This document shows, piece after piece, positions 29,843 to 39,238 of a DNA stretch of 64,000 bases. The notes under the pieces are model-generated. The model searched no databases and was not told the origin of the DNA. It saw nothing but the letters and a program-made list of their open reading frames with translations. This DNA is from Thermoproteota archaeon (GTDB lineage Archaea; Thermoproteota; Thermoprotei_A; Sulfolobales; Ignisphaeraceae). Every line of letters starts with the position of its first letter. Position 1 is the first letter of the stretch. Location of the stretch: positions 416,001 through 480,000 of the forward strand of contig JAUQPB010000001.1 in the NCBI GenBank assembly GCA_030550585.1, given 5' to 3'. The position numbers and the translations under genes were made by a program.

Positions 29843-30121
29843 TTGAGAAAATGCTGCTGTGCCCAAGCCCTGCCTATCTATGTTATCAATGTGAAGAGTT
29901 TTGGTAGCAGGGATCTGGGTATAAGCCCAGAGTATCTAAACATGATTAAGAACAGAAAGAGGAGAATAAGCGACGAGCTTCTTGAAAAGCTGCTCGAAAA
30001 GCTGACAGCCAAAGACCTCCTAGAATTTGCCACAGCAACAAACATGATTAGAGGTTGGTGGGCCCGCGGGGATTTGAACCCCGGACCTCCGCCTCGTCAG
30101 GGCGGCGTCCTACCAGACTAG
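29843..30121 (+). pseudogene. SSV-type integrase N-terminal fragment (intN) running antisense into tRNA-Val
   Basis: HTH-like RDLGISPEYLNMIKNRKRRISDELLEKLL, in frame with WWARGDLNPGP read from the tRNA 3' half; degraded 5' end. Confidence 0.65.
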
Positions 30122-30132
30122 ACGACGGGCCC
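30056..30132 (-). tRNA. tRNA-Val(GAC), CCA encoded
   Basis: GGGCCCG acceptor, CCGCC-CTGACGA-GGCGG anticodon arm. Confidence 0.97.
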
Positions 30133-30214
30133 CTAAACCACAGTAGTTTAGATCTTTATGCGAGTATTATAAGCTTTAATTCAAGATAGGCAAAAAGCCT
30201 ATGTTATGATTTGG

Positions 30215-30319
30215 TGGAGCCGGGGCCGGGATTCGAACCCGGGGGATATCGGGTCTCGACGGGCGGTTGCCGGAAAGGCCGCTGCAGCCCGACGCCTTAG
30301 ACCGCTCGGCCACCCCGGC
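30215..30319 (-). tRNA. tRNA-Cys(GCA) with 27-nt intron (30255-30281, probably at 37/38)
   Basis: GCCGGGG acceptor, U73, TCGGG-CTGCAG[intron]A-CCCGA; relaxed BHB. Confidence 0.92.
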
Positions 30320-30416
30320 CCACATTAGGCTTGGCTGTAGAATACTTCTGTTTATTAGGAGTAATAAGGTTATCGCTATATTGCATTGTTGTCTTATGCT
30401 TTGAAGATGTTAGAAG

Positions 30417-30543
30417 TGCCGCCGGGGGGACTTGAACCCCCGACTTCCCGGTCTTCAGCCTCGCCGAGCACCCGCCCCTAATACTTATTTTTATTTTATG
30501 TGCGGGGTGCTCACGGGCGCTCTCCCAGCTGAGCTACGGCGGC
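30417..30543 (-). tRNA. tRNA-Phe(GAA) with 54-nt non-canonical intron at 30/31 (30460-30513)
   Basis: Spliced arm CCCGG-CTGAAGA-CCGGG. BHB has central helix CGCC/GGCG, bulges CGT and AGG, outer helix GAGCACCC/GGGTGCTC. Confidence 0.93.
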
Positions 30544-30603
30544 GTTCTGCTGTTTATTAGTATCATTTGCTTTTCTGGTTAAAAGTTTTATTGTACCAAC
30601 CCT

Positions 30604-31779
30604 CTATTCTATGAAGTCTTGTGTTTGAATTTTTGTTGGGATGTATGTGTCCATTAGGAAGTGCAGTCCCTTTCCTGTTAGAGCCTCTATTTCTAGTTTG
30701 CTTTGTTTTTGTAGGAATATGTTTATCTCTTTTGTCCATTTTTCTGTTTTGAACCATTCATAGTTCAAGAGCTCTTGCGCTCTTTTAATATCTGTTTTCT
30801 TGGCTTTTATTATGAAGTTCCTTCTCTCAGCTTCGGAGAGATATGGCTTCTTGTTTTTATCCCCAAATATATCTGTCATGCTGACCCCCAGGAACTTCGC
30901 CTTTGGTGTTGCAAGCCTTTCGCTTTCATATGAAAGTGTTATCGAGCCTATTCTGAACACGCTGTATATGTACCATCCATATGGATCTGCATCTGTTAGT
31001 ATGTAGATGGGTAGCTTAAGCTCTTCGTTCAATCTTCTCACAAATCTTCTTGTTGCTCTATCTGGCTGCCCAGCGCTTGTGACGAGTATTGCCTTGTATT
31101 TTCTCCAGAAGCCCGCTCTATGCAGCTGCTGAAACACAGCATCTTTCTCTACAACTAGCACAAACTCTGCATTAACGTCGATAAACTCTATCAGATCTGG
31201 TGTTGGCTCTATCGCATAGGCTCCGTGACCCATTTTACTAAGGTCTATAACATCATCTCCGGATCTAATCCTCATATCGCCGACAACCTTGCCCTTCTCC
31301 TTGCTTAGAATCAGCATCTCCTCTCTAAGCAGATTAACCAAAACCTCTATATCCCTTAGAACTGCATCGCTTTCTTTTTGCTCATCCCATGTATTCTCCT
31401 CTTCAATCCTCCCTTTATGATCTCTATACCTAATGCTGTGCTTACCCCTGTAGAACAGATCTCTTATAGTTGGATACTCATTGTTTATAAGAGCATCGTA
31501 TATTATCTTAGCCATTAGAAGTGTTTGCATAAACTTTCTCGCTTCTTTAACATCTAGAAAGCTTCTCTCAAATGTTGCCGGGCCAAGTAGGAGCAGCCCC
31601 CTCTCCTTATCATATATAGTGTTTGACAAAGTTCTCTTTGGTATTATAAGCTTTGGCTCTTCACCATTTAGAACTGCTTTAACCACATTATTGAAAACCT
31701 CGCTGAATTTCTCAGCCGCTCTTATTCTGGCCTTGATGTCTACAGAAGACATGAATTTCTTTACATGTTCTTCAGACAT
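30604..31779 (-). CDS. top6A: DNA topoisomerase VI subunit A
   Basis: TIRDLFYRGKH (catalytic Tyr), VVEKDAVF, TDADPYG. Confidence 0.97.
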   Translation of the reverse strand: MSEEHVKKFMSSVDIKARIRAAEKFSEVFNNVVKAVLNGEEPKLIIPKRTLSNTIYDKERGLLLLGPATFERSFLDVKEARKFMQTLLMAKIIYDALINNEYPTIRDLFYRGKHSIRYRDHKGRIEEENTWDEQKESDAVLRDIEVLVNLLREEMLILSKEKGKVVGDMRIRSGDDVIDLSKMGHGAYAIEPTPDLIEFIDVNAEFVLVVEKDAVFQQLHRAGFWRKYKAILVTSAGQPDRATRRFVRRLNEELKLPIYILTDADPYGWYIYSVFRIGSITLSYESERLATPKAKFLGVSMTDIFGDKNKKPYLSEAERRNFIIKAKKTDIKRAQELLNYEWFKTEKWTKEINIFLQKQSKLEIEALTGKGLHFLMDTYIPTKIQTQDFIE

Positions 31780-31790
31780 CTACCTCCACC

Positions 31791-33374
31791 CTACTCAAGT
31801 GACAGCACTACATCTCTAGGCGATGAAATATTCTTTAGAGAGTCTCCAAACCTGTTTTTAACCAAGTCGAAAAGCTTTGACTCTAGCACCTCAGCTTGGA
31901 TAGGCTCTGGATTTGCTTTTGCAAATACTGTTAGAGCTCGTGCAATTTCTGGTATATACTTTATCAATGTTATTGCCTTTCTAGCCATCTCCTCCTCTTT
32001 CTGTTTCTTGGCTAGATACAGTTTCAGGGATCTAGCAACATGTCTGACCCCCTCCTCTATCTCGTGCTCCAACACTGGAACCTCCGCTATACTCTCCTTA
32101 CCAACACCTTTGTAAGGTATTTTGGTTCCACAGACATGGACTAGAATGGCTATTGGAGCTGGGAACACTATGTCATAGTAGCTCCAATCAATGTTTTCTG
32201 ACACCACCTTCCAGGCAACATCGCTCTTCTCATCGTATAGAAGCGGTATTTTATTTGCGAACCTCAGCAACATGGGCTCTTCAAGAGGCTCTATAGCACC
32301 TCCATATGCTATCCCAACCTCAACTACCATAGAGTGCCCCTCGTATACAACAGGCTTTCTGGTGATGGCATCGGTGAACTCGGGCTTTAGGATGGTGTTT
32401 AGACCGATTTTGATGAGCTCGGATCCTATGGGTGAAAGATGGTCTGCTCTAGGCTTTCTAAACTCGCTGAACTCCTTCAACGCTCTAACAAGTTTTTCTA
32501 GATCATCTTTAGAAAGATTCTTCGGATTTATATTAGGATCGAATCCATATGTAGAAATAAATCTCTCTGCAAGTACTCTGCCAACACCTTGGAACTCATC
32601 TGAAAGGAACTCGATAAGCGTCTGAGCCTTTGTTTCGCTTATCATCGCCTTCAGCATTTCTAGGTCTACTCCATGTGGATGGGGCTTTGCCTCTCTTGGT
32701 GGCGGAGGCAATATGTTGGCAACTCTTTGATATATCTTTATCTCTCCATCGGGGCTTCTAAAAACTATGTTGGCATACGGTGATACGATAGCTGTTCTTT
32801 TAATATACTCCAAAATCTTTTGCCTTGCCTTGCTCCAATCCCCTTCAACGGCTACCTTCACCATTGTTCCATGCCAGCCGGTTTTGTTTTGCCACCAGCT
32901 TCTCTCTAGTACGATTGGCTTGTTCTCCTTAATGTCTATCATTATTTTGTATTTATAGATCTTTTTAGAATTGATTGTTGCTGACACAATCTCTGCAGGT
33001 TCGCCAACAGTTATCTGACCATATAGAACAACCATCTTGGCACCAAGGCCGAAAAGCCCTCTTGTCTGTCTCAAAACATATTTTGAGCTGAACAAGACTC
33101 TGCCAAAGGCGTCGGGTATATAGTTCTCTGGTATGCCAATCCCATTATCTTTAACAGTTATCCTATATACATAGGCTTTATTCTGATCCCTCTCAATAGA
33201 TATTGCGATGTCTGGGAAAATGCCGTGGGCATCTGTAGCATCTAAAGCATTTTCAACAAGCTCTCTAACAGATTGATACAATGCTCTAGCGGGATTTGCA
33301 AAACCAGCTATCTCTTTGTTTCGATAGAAAAATTCTGCAGGGCTTATACTCCTAAACTTCTCTGCAACACTCAT
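31791..33374 (-). CDS. top6B: DNA topoisomerase VI subunit B
   Basis: ELVENALDA, DNGIGI, QTRGLFGLG GHKL motifs; start at MSVAEKF. Confidence 0.97.
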   Translation of the reverse strand: MSVAEKFRSISPAEFFYRNKEIAGFANPARALYQSVRELVENALDATDAHGIFPDIAISIERDQNKAYVYRITVKDNGIGIPENYIPDAFGRVLFSSKYVLRQTRGLFGLGAKMVVLYGQITVGEPAEIVSATINSKKIYKYKIMIDIKENKPIVLERSWWQNKTGWHGTMVKVAVEGDWSKARQKILEYIKRTAIVSPYANIVFRSPDGEIKIYQRVANILPPPPREAKPHPHGVDLEMLKAMISETKAQTLIEFLSDEFQGVGRVLAERFISTYGFDPNINPKNLSKDDLEKLVRALKEFSEFRKPRADHLSPIGSELIKIGLNTILKPEFTDAITRKPVVYEGHSMVVEVGIAYGGAIEPLEEPMLLRFANKIPLLYDEKSDVAWKVVSENIDWSYYDIVFPAPIAILVHVCGTKIPYKGVGKESIAEVPVLEHEIEEGVRHVARSLKLYLAKKQKEEEMARKAITLIKYIPEIARALTVFAKANPEPIQAEVLESKLFDLVKNRFGDSLKNISSPRDVVLSLE

Positions 33375-33474
33375 TCTAGTTCTGCGCCTCAGCACCTGCC
33401 TGAATTACTGTATTTATCTATAAGAGAAATTATAAGCAATAATATCAAAAATGCTTAGAAAAAGAATTGAAAGA

Positions 33475-34407
33475 TTATCTCATATAGAGGGCTGCATAAG
33501 CTATTATAGGTAGTACCAGTGTGGCATCAGCATATACAATAACGTTTCTAGCATTCTCCTTTAGCTTCCCCCACGTAATCGCCTCTCTAGGTCTTGCACC
33601 ACTTAAAGAGCCATCCCACTCAGTAGCTGTTGTCACATAAACCACATAGTCTAGGCCTCCATGAAACTGAGCCCACCAGAGGGTGTGGTGCTTGCTTATC
33701 CCACCACCAATTATTAGAGCTCCCATACACTTTGCATGGAATACTATATCTGCTAGCTCTTTCTCATCCTTAAACACATCCAGGTTAAGCTTGTTGAACT
33801 GAGAATATGTTAGCAACGCTGTTCCAAAGGCTCCATCCAGAAAACCTGGAACATATATGGGCACATTTGAAATTGCTGCACTTCTCAGTATAGACCTCTC
33901 ATCATTTATTCTCTTCCCAATCTCGTAGAGAAGCTCTCTAACACCAAACACCTTTGATTTCTCCTGCGATGTTATCTCTTGCAAGAATTTGTGGGTAACT
34001 CTTTCAATGAGTGGGCCGTAGCTATCTACAGGTATGAAGATGTTGCCCAGCCTATGAACCCCCCTTCTATGAAGCTCAGAGTCGTCTGCATCGAAAAAGC
34101 CCTTTAGATATCTGCCGCCAAAACTCTTCGCAATATCGTGGTCTATAGTGCCACAAGTTGTTATTACAACATTGAAGATCTTTTCCTTGATTAGCTGAGC
34201 TATAATGCTTCTAACACCTGTAGCAACAATGTTGCCTGTAAATGATATTACCCTGACATCGCATTTGTCCCTAATCTCCCTCACAATGTTTATCGCATCA
34301 AATAGGTGAGAAGCCATGAAGCCGTGTATCTTTGCGTATAGATTAATCAGATCCTCTATCTTCATATCCTTTGAAAGAAACGGCTCCTCTACCTCACCTA
34401 GCTCCAT
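33475..34407 (-). CDS. dys: Deoxyhypusine synthase
   Basis: FTGNIVATG, HRLGN, IGGGISKHH, DGSLSGARPREAITWGK. Confidence 0.97.
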   Translation of the reverse strand: MELGEVEEPFLSKDMKIEDLINLYAKIHGFMASHLFDAINIVREIRDKCDVRVISFTGNIVATGVRSIIAQLIKEKIFNVVITTCGTIDHDIAKSFGGRYLKGFFDADDSELHRRGVHRLGNIFIPVDSYGPLIERVTHKFLQEITSQEKSKVFGVRELLYEIGKRINDERSILRSAAISNVPIYVPGFLDGAFGTALLTYSQFNKLNLDVFKDEKELADIVFHAKCMGALIIGGGISKHHTLWWAQFHGGLDYVVYVTTATEWDGSLSGARPREAITWGKLKENARNVIVYADATLVLPIIAYAALYMR

Positions 34408-35701
34408 GTCCGAGCACCTCTACCAGATTATTCAACTCAACTTCGGTCTGGCTCCACCTCTTCAGATCTCTCACAACTGCCATGCCTTTCTCAGCCTCTT
34501 TCCTACCTATTATAACAACATAGTCGAAGCCCGTTTTAGACGCGTATTCAAGCCATCTACTCATTTTTGCTGGTGGCGAAACCTCTAGCTGAATCACAAC
34601 ACCTCTACCCCTCAACTGCTTCAATAAGACATTCAAATTGCTGTTTCTCCTAATCGACTCATCTAATAGCAGAAGTAATGCGGATTGTCTATGCAGAAGC
34701 TTCTCCAAGTCTATCCCAAGGTTTTGCAGTGCTAGCAAAGTTCTTTCAACACCTATTGCAAAGCCTGTTGAAGAGAGCTCCTCACCTCCGTAAACTGTTG
34801 TTAGATTGTCGTATCTGCCACCACCAGCTATGCTGATTGTCATACCAGGTACCTGCACCTCGAATATGATGCTAGTATAGTATGCTATGCCTCTTGCAAA
34901 ACCAGGATCTACAACAACATTGGCGCCAATCCCCTTAACCATATCTATGTATTTAGCTAGAAGCTCTATATCTTCTCTAAGCTCGTTATAAACCCCCAGC
35001 TCTGACAGCTTCGCTATAACACCATCTATGTTGTAGCCCTCTTTGTATGCATTTGCTAGAAACATTACAAGTTCGCTGTATTTGGGAAACCCCTTCGATT
35101 CAAACATCTCTGTAACATTTTGAAACATCCCCTTGTCAAGCAGATGCAGCATTCTCTCAGTTTCCTCATCTGTAAACCTAGCCATTTTTGCAATCTTTTT
35201 GAATATTGCTACATTGTTTACTTTGTAGACTCTTCTGGTGAGGCCTATCCTATGGTAGAATTCCTCTAGAAGCTCTATTAGCTCAGAATCATAGTAAATG
35301 CTGTCTCCACCCAAAATCTCTACACCAGCTTGTGTAAACTCTCTGTATCTGCCATACTGGGGCTCGTCATATCTAAACACATTAGCTACGTAGAACAGTC
35401 TTATGGGTTTTGGCCACGATCTCAGCTCTTTAAGATAAACTCTTATAACGCTTGGTGTAACCTCTGGCCTTAGAGCGACCTCTCTATCTCCCTTATCCTT
35501 GAAAACATACATAGAGTTTCTTATCTCCTCACCCGATTTCAGTGCAAACAACTTGAAATTCTCTACCGTCGGCGTCCTCACCTCTCTGTAGCCAAACAGC
35601 CTAGCAACCTCTTTGAAGTTGTCGCAAATCCATGTTATTGCATCGCTTTCAGGTGGGACATAGTCTCTAAAGCCGCGTATAGGCTCTAGCAACTCCTTCA
35701 A
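34394..35701 (-). CDS. hisS: Histidine--tRNA ligase
   Basis: LRPEVT, FRYDEPQYGRYREFTQ, ARGIAYYT, AGGGRYD. Confidence 0.97.
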   Translation of the reverse strand: MKELLEPIRGFRDYVPPESDAITWICDNFKEVARLFGYREVRTPTVENFKLFALKSGEEIRNSMYVFKDKGDREVALRPEVTPSVIRVYLKELRSWPKPIRLFYVANVFRYDEPQYGRYREFTQAGVEILGGDSIYYDSELIELLEEFYHRIGLTRRVYKVNNVAIFKKIAKMARFTDEETERMLHLLDKGMFQNVTEMFESKGFPKYSELVMFLANAYKEGYNIDGVIAKLSELGVYNELREDIELLAKYIDMVKGIGANVVVDPGFARGIAYYTSIIFEVQVPGMTISIAGGGRYDNLTTVYGGEELSSTGFAIGVERTLLALQNLGIDLEKLLHRQSALLLLLDESIRRNSNLNVLLKQLRGRGVVIQLEVSPPAKMSRWLEYASKTGFDYVVIIGRKEAEKGMAVVRDLKRWSQTEVELNNLVEVLGHGAR

Positions 35702-36243
35702 ATGAATTCACCACCTCTTTCAATCTTTGGAAAAGACATTTTTGAAACCTCATAGTACGTTACATCACCATACATATCAACAACAGCTATAATTAGCTTG
35801 TATCCCTGCTTAATAGCTCTATCAACATAGTTATAGAGATCATCTACCCTGACAACAGCGTCTTCGTCAAGTACAAGAATATTTGCCTTTTCATCCACTA
35901 AAATCAGCTCGTTTTCAGAAGGCCCGGACACAACCTTTTTACCTCTCTTCAGCAGATCCATCAAGACCAGGAAAACAGAGCCTTTGAGTCTGCCTTGAAT
36001 TTTCTCTACAAACCCCTCAAAACCAATCCTATTATTGTTTTCATCTACTACATCAGCCATGCCGCTATAAACAAGGTAAAAAGCTAGAGCCGGGTCAACA
36101 AACCCCTTCTCACCAGACACAAACCTCTCTATCTTCAGATCACCAGAAGCTATCATAATCTCACCACTTCTCAGAACCTTCAACACAATTTTCTTTTTTG
36201 CAGACATTGCTCTGCTAGCCCTTGGAAAATGGTTTGACAGCAT
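35698..36243 (-). CDS. tRNA-splicing endonuclease structural subunit
   Basis: C-terminal IIAVVDMYGDVTYYEV (EndA beta9/L10) without the catalytic triad. Real start may be MSAKKK. Confidence 0.75.
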   Translation of the reverse strand: MLSNHFPRASRAMSAKKKIVLKVLRSGEIMIASGDLKIERFVSGEKGFVDPALAFYLVYSGMADVVDENNNRIGFEGFVEKIQGRLKGSVFLVLMDLLKRGKKVVSGPSENELILVDEKANILVLDEDAVVRVDDLYNYVDRAIKQGYKLIIAVVDMYGDVTYYEVSKMSFPKIERGGEFI

Positions 36244-36309
36244 TTAGATTGTTGTGCTTTGCAAATAAGGTTTAAATATGTTTTTTCATAGTGCTCACTT
36301 GGTGCATAT

Positions 36310-37353
36310 ATGTATCCAATAAAAATCAGAGCAATTGAGTGGACTGGAAAAAGCGTTAGATGGCTCAACACAAACCTTTTGCCCCATCAAGAGGTATACG
36401 AAGAGAGTAGCGATTATGAGAGAATAGCAAGGGCTATAGAGACCATGGAGATCAGGGGGGCTCCAGCCATAGGCGTGGCAGCGGCGTTTGCTGTTGCAGC
36501 AGCTGTTGCAAATGCCAATACAAGTAGTGTTGAGGAGCTGAGGCTTCTAGGCCTTAGAGCTGTTGAGAGACTTGGCAAAACAAGGCCTACAGCATACAAT
36601 CTCTTCTGGGCCTTAGATAGAATTAAGAGAGTGCTTCAACGAGAGTATATAGGTGTAGATGATTTGAAAAAAGCTGTTGTTGAAGAGGCTCTGAAGATAT
36701 ATAACGAGGATGTCGAAACAAATATCAGAATTGGTGAAATTGGCGAGAAGCTCATAGAAGATGGAGATACTATTCTAACACACTGCAACGCTGGCGCATT
36801 AGCAACATCAGCTTTTGGAACAGCGCTAGCAGTTATCAGGGTCGCCTGGTATAAGGGAAAGAAGATCAAGGTTATAGCGACAGAGACTAGACCTGTGCTC
36901 CAAGGTGCTCGACTCACAGTATGGGAGCTGAAAAAAGAGGGGATTCCAGTTACACTAATAACAGATAACATGGTTGGATATGTTATGTATAAGAAAATGG
37001 TGAACAAAGTTATTGTTGGAGCGGATAGAGTGCTTGGCGATGGTCATGTAATAAACAAGATTGGTACATATACCATAGCAATAGCTGCAAAAAGACATGG
37101 CATACCGTTTTACGTCGCCGCACCAACATCGACATTCGACCTAAGATCTAGGGTAGAGGATGTAAAAATCGAGGAGAGAAACCCAGATGAAGTTAGAAAG
37201 GTTCTGAACAAGGTCTACATCACGTTAGAAGATGTTGATGTGTTCAATCCCTCGTTCGACATAACACCACCTGACTTGGTTACAGGTATAATAACAGAAA
37301 AAGGTGTTGTTACACAGCCTTATGAGGAGAATATAAGGAAACTGTTCCTATAA
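36310..37353 (+). CDS. mtnA: S-methyl-5-thioribose-1-phosphate isomerase (eIF2B-alpha family)
   Basis: IRGAPAIG, TRPTAYNL, LTHCNAGALAT, ETRPVLQGARLT, NKIGTY. Confidence 0.93.
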   Translation: MYPIKIRAIEWTGKSVRWLNTNLLPHQEVYEESSDYERIARAIETMEIRGAPAIGVAAAFAVAAAVANANTSSVEELRLLGLRAVERLGKTRPTAYNLFWALDRIKRVLQREYIGVDDLKKAVVEEALKIYNEDVETNIRIGEIGEKLIEDGDTILTHCNAGALATSAFGTALAVIRVAWYKGKKIKVIATETRPVLQGARLTVWELKKEGIPVTLITDNMVGYVMYKKMVNKVIVGADRVLGDGHVINKIGTYTIAIAAKRHGIPFYVAAPTSTFDLRSRVEDVKIEERNPDEVRKVLNKVYITLEDVDVFNPSFDITPPDLVTGIITEKGVVTQPYEENIRKLFL

Positions 37354-37378
37354 CCGATTGCTCCATTAACTAAATCAG

Positions 37379-38131
37379 CTACCTCTTTTTAATTGCACTA
37401 ATGATTTTTATTGCCTCATCCAATTTTTCTTCAACTACAGTACCTGTAACAATTATGTCTGCCCCAGCATTTATGATGGCAAGCGCTTTTTCAGCATCTC
37501 TTATACCGCCACCAACAATAAGTATAGTGTCATCGATAGCCTTTTTGACCTTCTCAACAAAGTTTTGCGGTACAGGTTGCGGTGCTCCAGAACCAGCCTC
37601 TAAATAAACAAACTTCATTCCGAGGAACTTGGCTGCCAGAGCATAGGCTACACCTATCCCAGGTTTGTCATGTGGTATTGGACGCGCCTTTCCAACCACA
37701 CTCACAGATGCGCTCCAATTACCGACGATTATATAGCCTGTAGGTAGAACCTCTAAGCCAAGTCTTTTTATAATTGGTGCTGCTACAACATGAGCACCTA
37801 TTATATAGTAGGGGTCGTCGGAGTTAAGCAAGGATATAAACAGAATGGCATCGGCATTTCTTGCAAGACCTGCTGGACTCCCAGGGAAAAGTATGGACGG
37901 CACACCAAGCTCCTCGATAATCTCCACAACTTTTTCAACATCATCCATGTATACTTGGAGACTACCCCCAACAAGAATGGCGTCTGTACCTGCATCAACA
38001 ACTTTCTTCAACGTATTCGAAAGTTCTTTAAGATCTGTCACCTTCTCTGGGTCTATCAATGTAAAGTGGAGTTTCTGTCCTTTATCAACACTTCTCTTTA
38101 TTGTTTCGTATACTCTGCCCCTCCACTTCAC
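37379..38131 (-). CDS. Geranylgeranylglyceryl phosphate synthase
   Basis: HFTLIDPEK, ILVGGS, YLEAGSGA, VGGGIR. Confidence 0.95.
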   Translation of the reverse strand: MKWRGRVYETIKRSVDKGQKLHFTLIDPEKVTDLKELSNTLKKVVDAGTDAILVGGSLQVYMDDVEKVVEIIEELGVPSILFPGSPAGLARNADAILFISLLNSDDPYYIIGAHVVAAPIIKRLGLEVLPTGYIIVGNWSASVSVVGKARPIPHDKPGIGVAYALAAKFLGMKFVYLEAGSGAPQPVPQNFVEKVKKAIDDTILIVGGGIRDAEKALAIINAGADIIVTGTVVEEKLDEAIKIISAIKKR

Positions 38132-38191
38132 AAATAGCCACCCAATTCATATTAGAAGCTGGATATTAAATAACTTTATTGATCTTGTACA

Positions 38192-38506
38192 TCATCCAAG
38201 TATCTTCCTCAGAGTTCTAGAAAAGCCTTGCAAAGCTATCTCCAACACAATGTCTTTTATCAAACCTCTGTCAAGTTCCAATACAACCACCTTCTGCTCT
38301 TTGTATGCTATATAGAAGCCGATAACATGGTAACACGGATACCTTCTATTGCCTTGAACAAAATGAATCAAAAAGTCGGTACAGGTGCACAGTCTGCAAG
38401 GCGATACCAGATAATCATTTTTAAGCCCTTTAAAAACGTTGATTACAACACCAGATTCTTTGTCAATTAGTGAAACAAATCTTTTGTTTCTCAACCCCTC
38501 CAACAA
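38192..38506 (-). CDS. SWIM zinc-finger protein
   Basis: CTCTDF...PCYH. Frame is open upstream to about 38566. Confidence 0.8.
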   Translation of the reverse strand: MLEGLRNKRFVSLIDKESGVVINVFKGLKNDYLVSPCRLCTCTDFLIHFVQGNRRYPCYHVIGFYIAYKEQKVVVLELDRGLIKDIVLEIALQGFSRTLRKILG

Positions 38507-38652
38507 TTTATCATAGTTCTTATACCTACTTATATTATCCTCTGTACACAGATCATCTACATTTCCTCACCTAGGACATACTAACTCTACCACTCTATAA
38601 GTTTTTAAACAGAGCACAACAATAGGGTACTGTGATAAAGAGGTTATAAACT

Positions 38653-38826
38653 GTGTCATCGAGAAGAAGAACAGGCCCTGGACTAGCAAGCTACGTAGGA
38701 TTGATTAGATTCTACGAGGAGGTCGAAGAACAAGTTAAATTGAATCCTTATCTCATTCTATTCCTGTCAATAGCAACACCAATAATTGTTATAGTTCTCA
38801 CAAAGTTTTTCCCACCGCCAATATAG
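38653..38826 (+). CDS. secG: Preprotein translocase subunit Sec61beta/SecG (below the ORF-track cutoff)
   Basis: MSSRRRTGPGLASYVGLIRFYEEVEEQVKLNPYLILFLSIATPIIVIVLTKFFPPPI. Confidence 0.92.
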   Translation: MSSRRRTGPGLASYVGLIRFYEEVEEQVKLNPYLILFLSIATPIIVIVLTKFFPPPI

Positions 38827-38889
38827 CAAACATCAAATACATTGTTATCACAATAAAAGTATAATAGCCATATAAAAACATTTTTCTTT

Positions 38890-39211
38890 GGTTCCTGGCC
38901 CGCAGACTGCCACGGGGTCAAACCCCCGAGGAAACACCATCCTCCGCACAGCACCAGAGCCCCGCAAGGGGCTAGGGTAACACCCTAGGCTCTGGCACAG
39001 AAACGATACAGCTGCAAACCGATGAACATGAGGCGGCGAGGCTCCCTAGGTAACTAGGGGGCAGAAACCCGCTGAAGAGATTTGCAGCAGTGGTGAAACG
39101 GCCAGCCTCTGGGGAGTAAGGAAAACCCCGATGAACTGCTGTGTGAAGGGGTTGGAGCCGCTTAGCCAAATGCAGTCGAAACAGAAGATGGGTTACTGCG
39201 GGCCAGGAACC
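38890..39211 (+). ncRNA. rnpB: RNase P RNA
   Basis: Terminal P1 GGTTCCTGGCCCGCAG/CTGCGGGCCAGGAACC; GAGGAAAC, ACAGAAA, TGAAACGG and ACAGAAG..GGGTTA conserved regions. Confidence 0.95.
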
Positions 39212-39238
39212 ACAACATTCTTTTACAGATGTGGAGTC

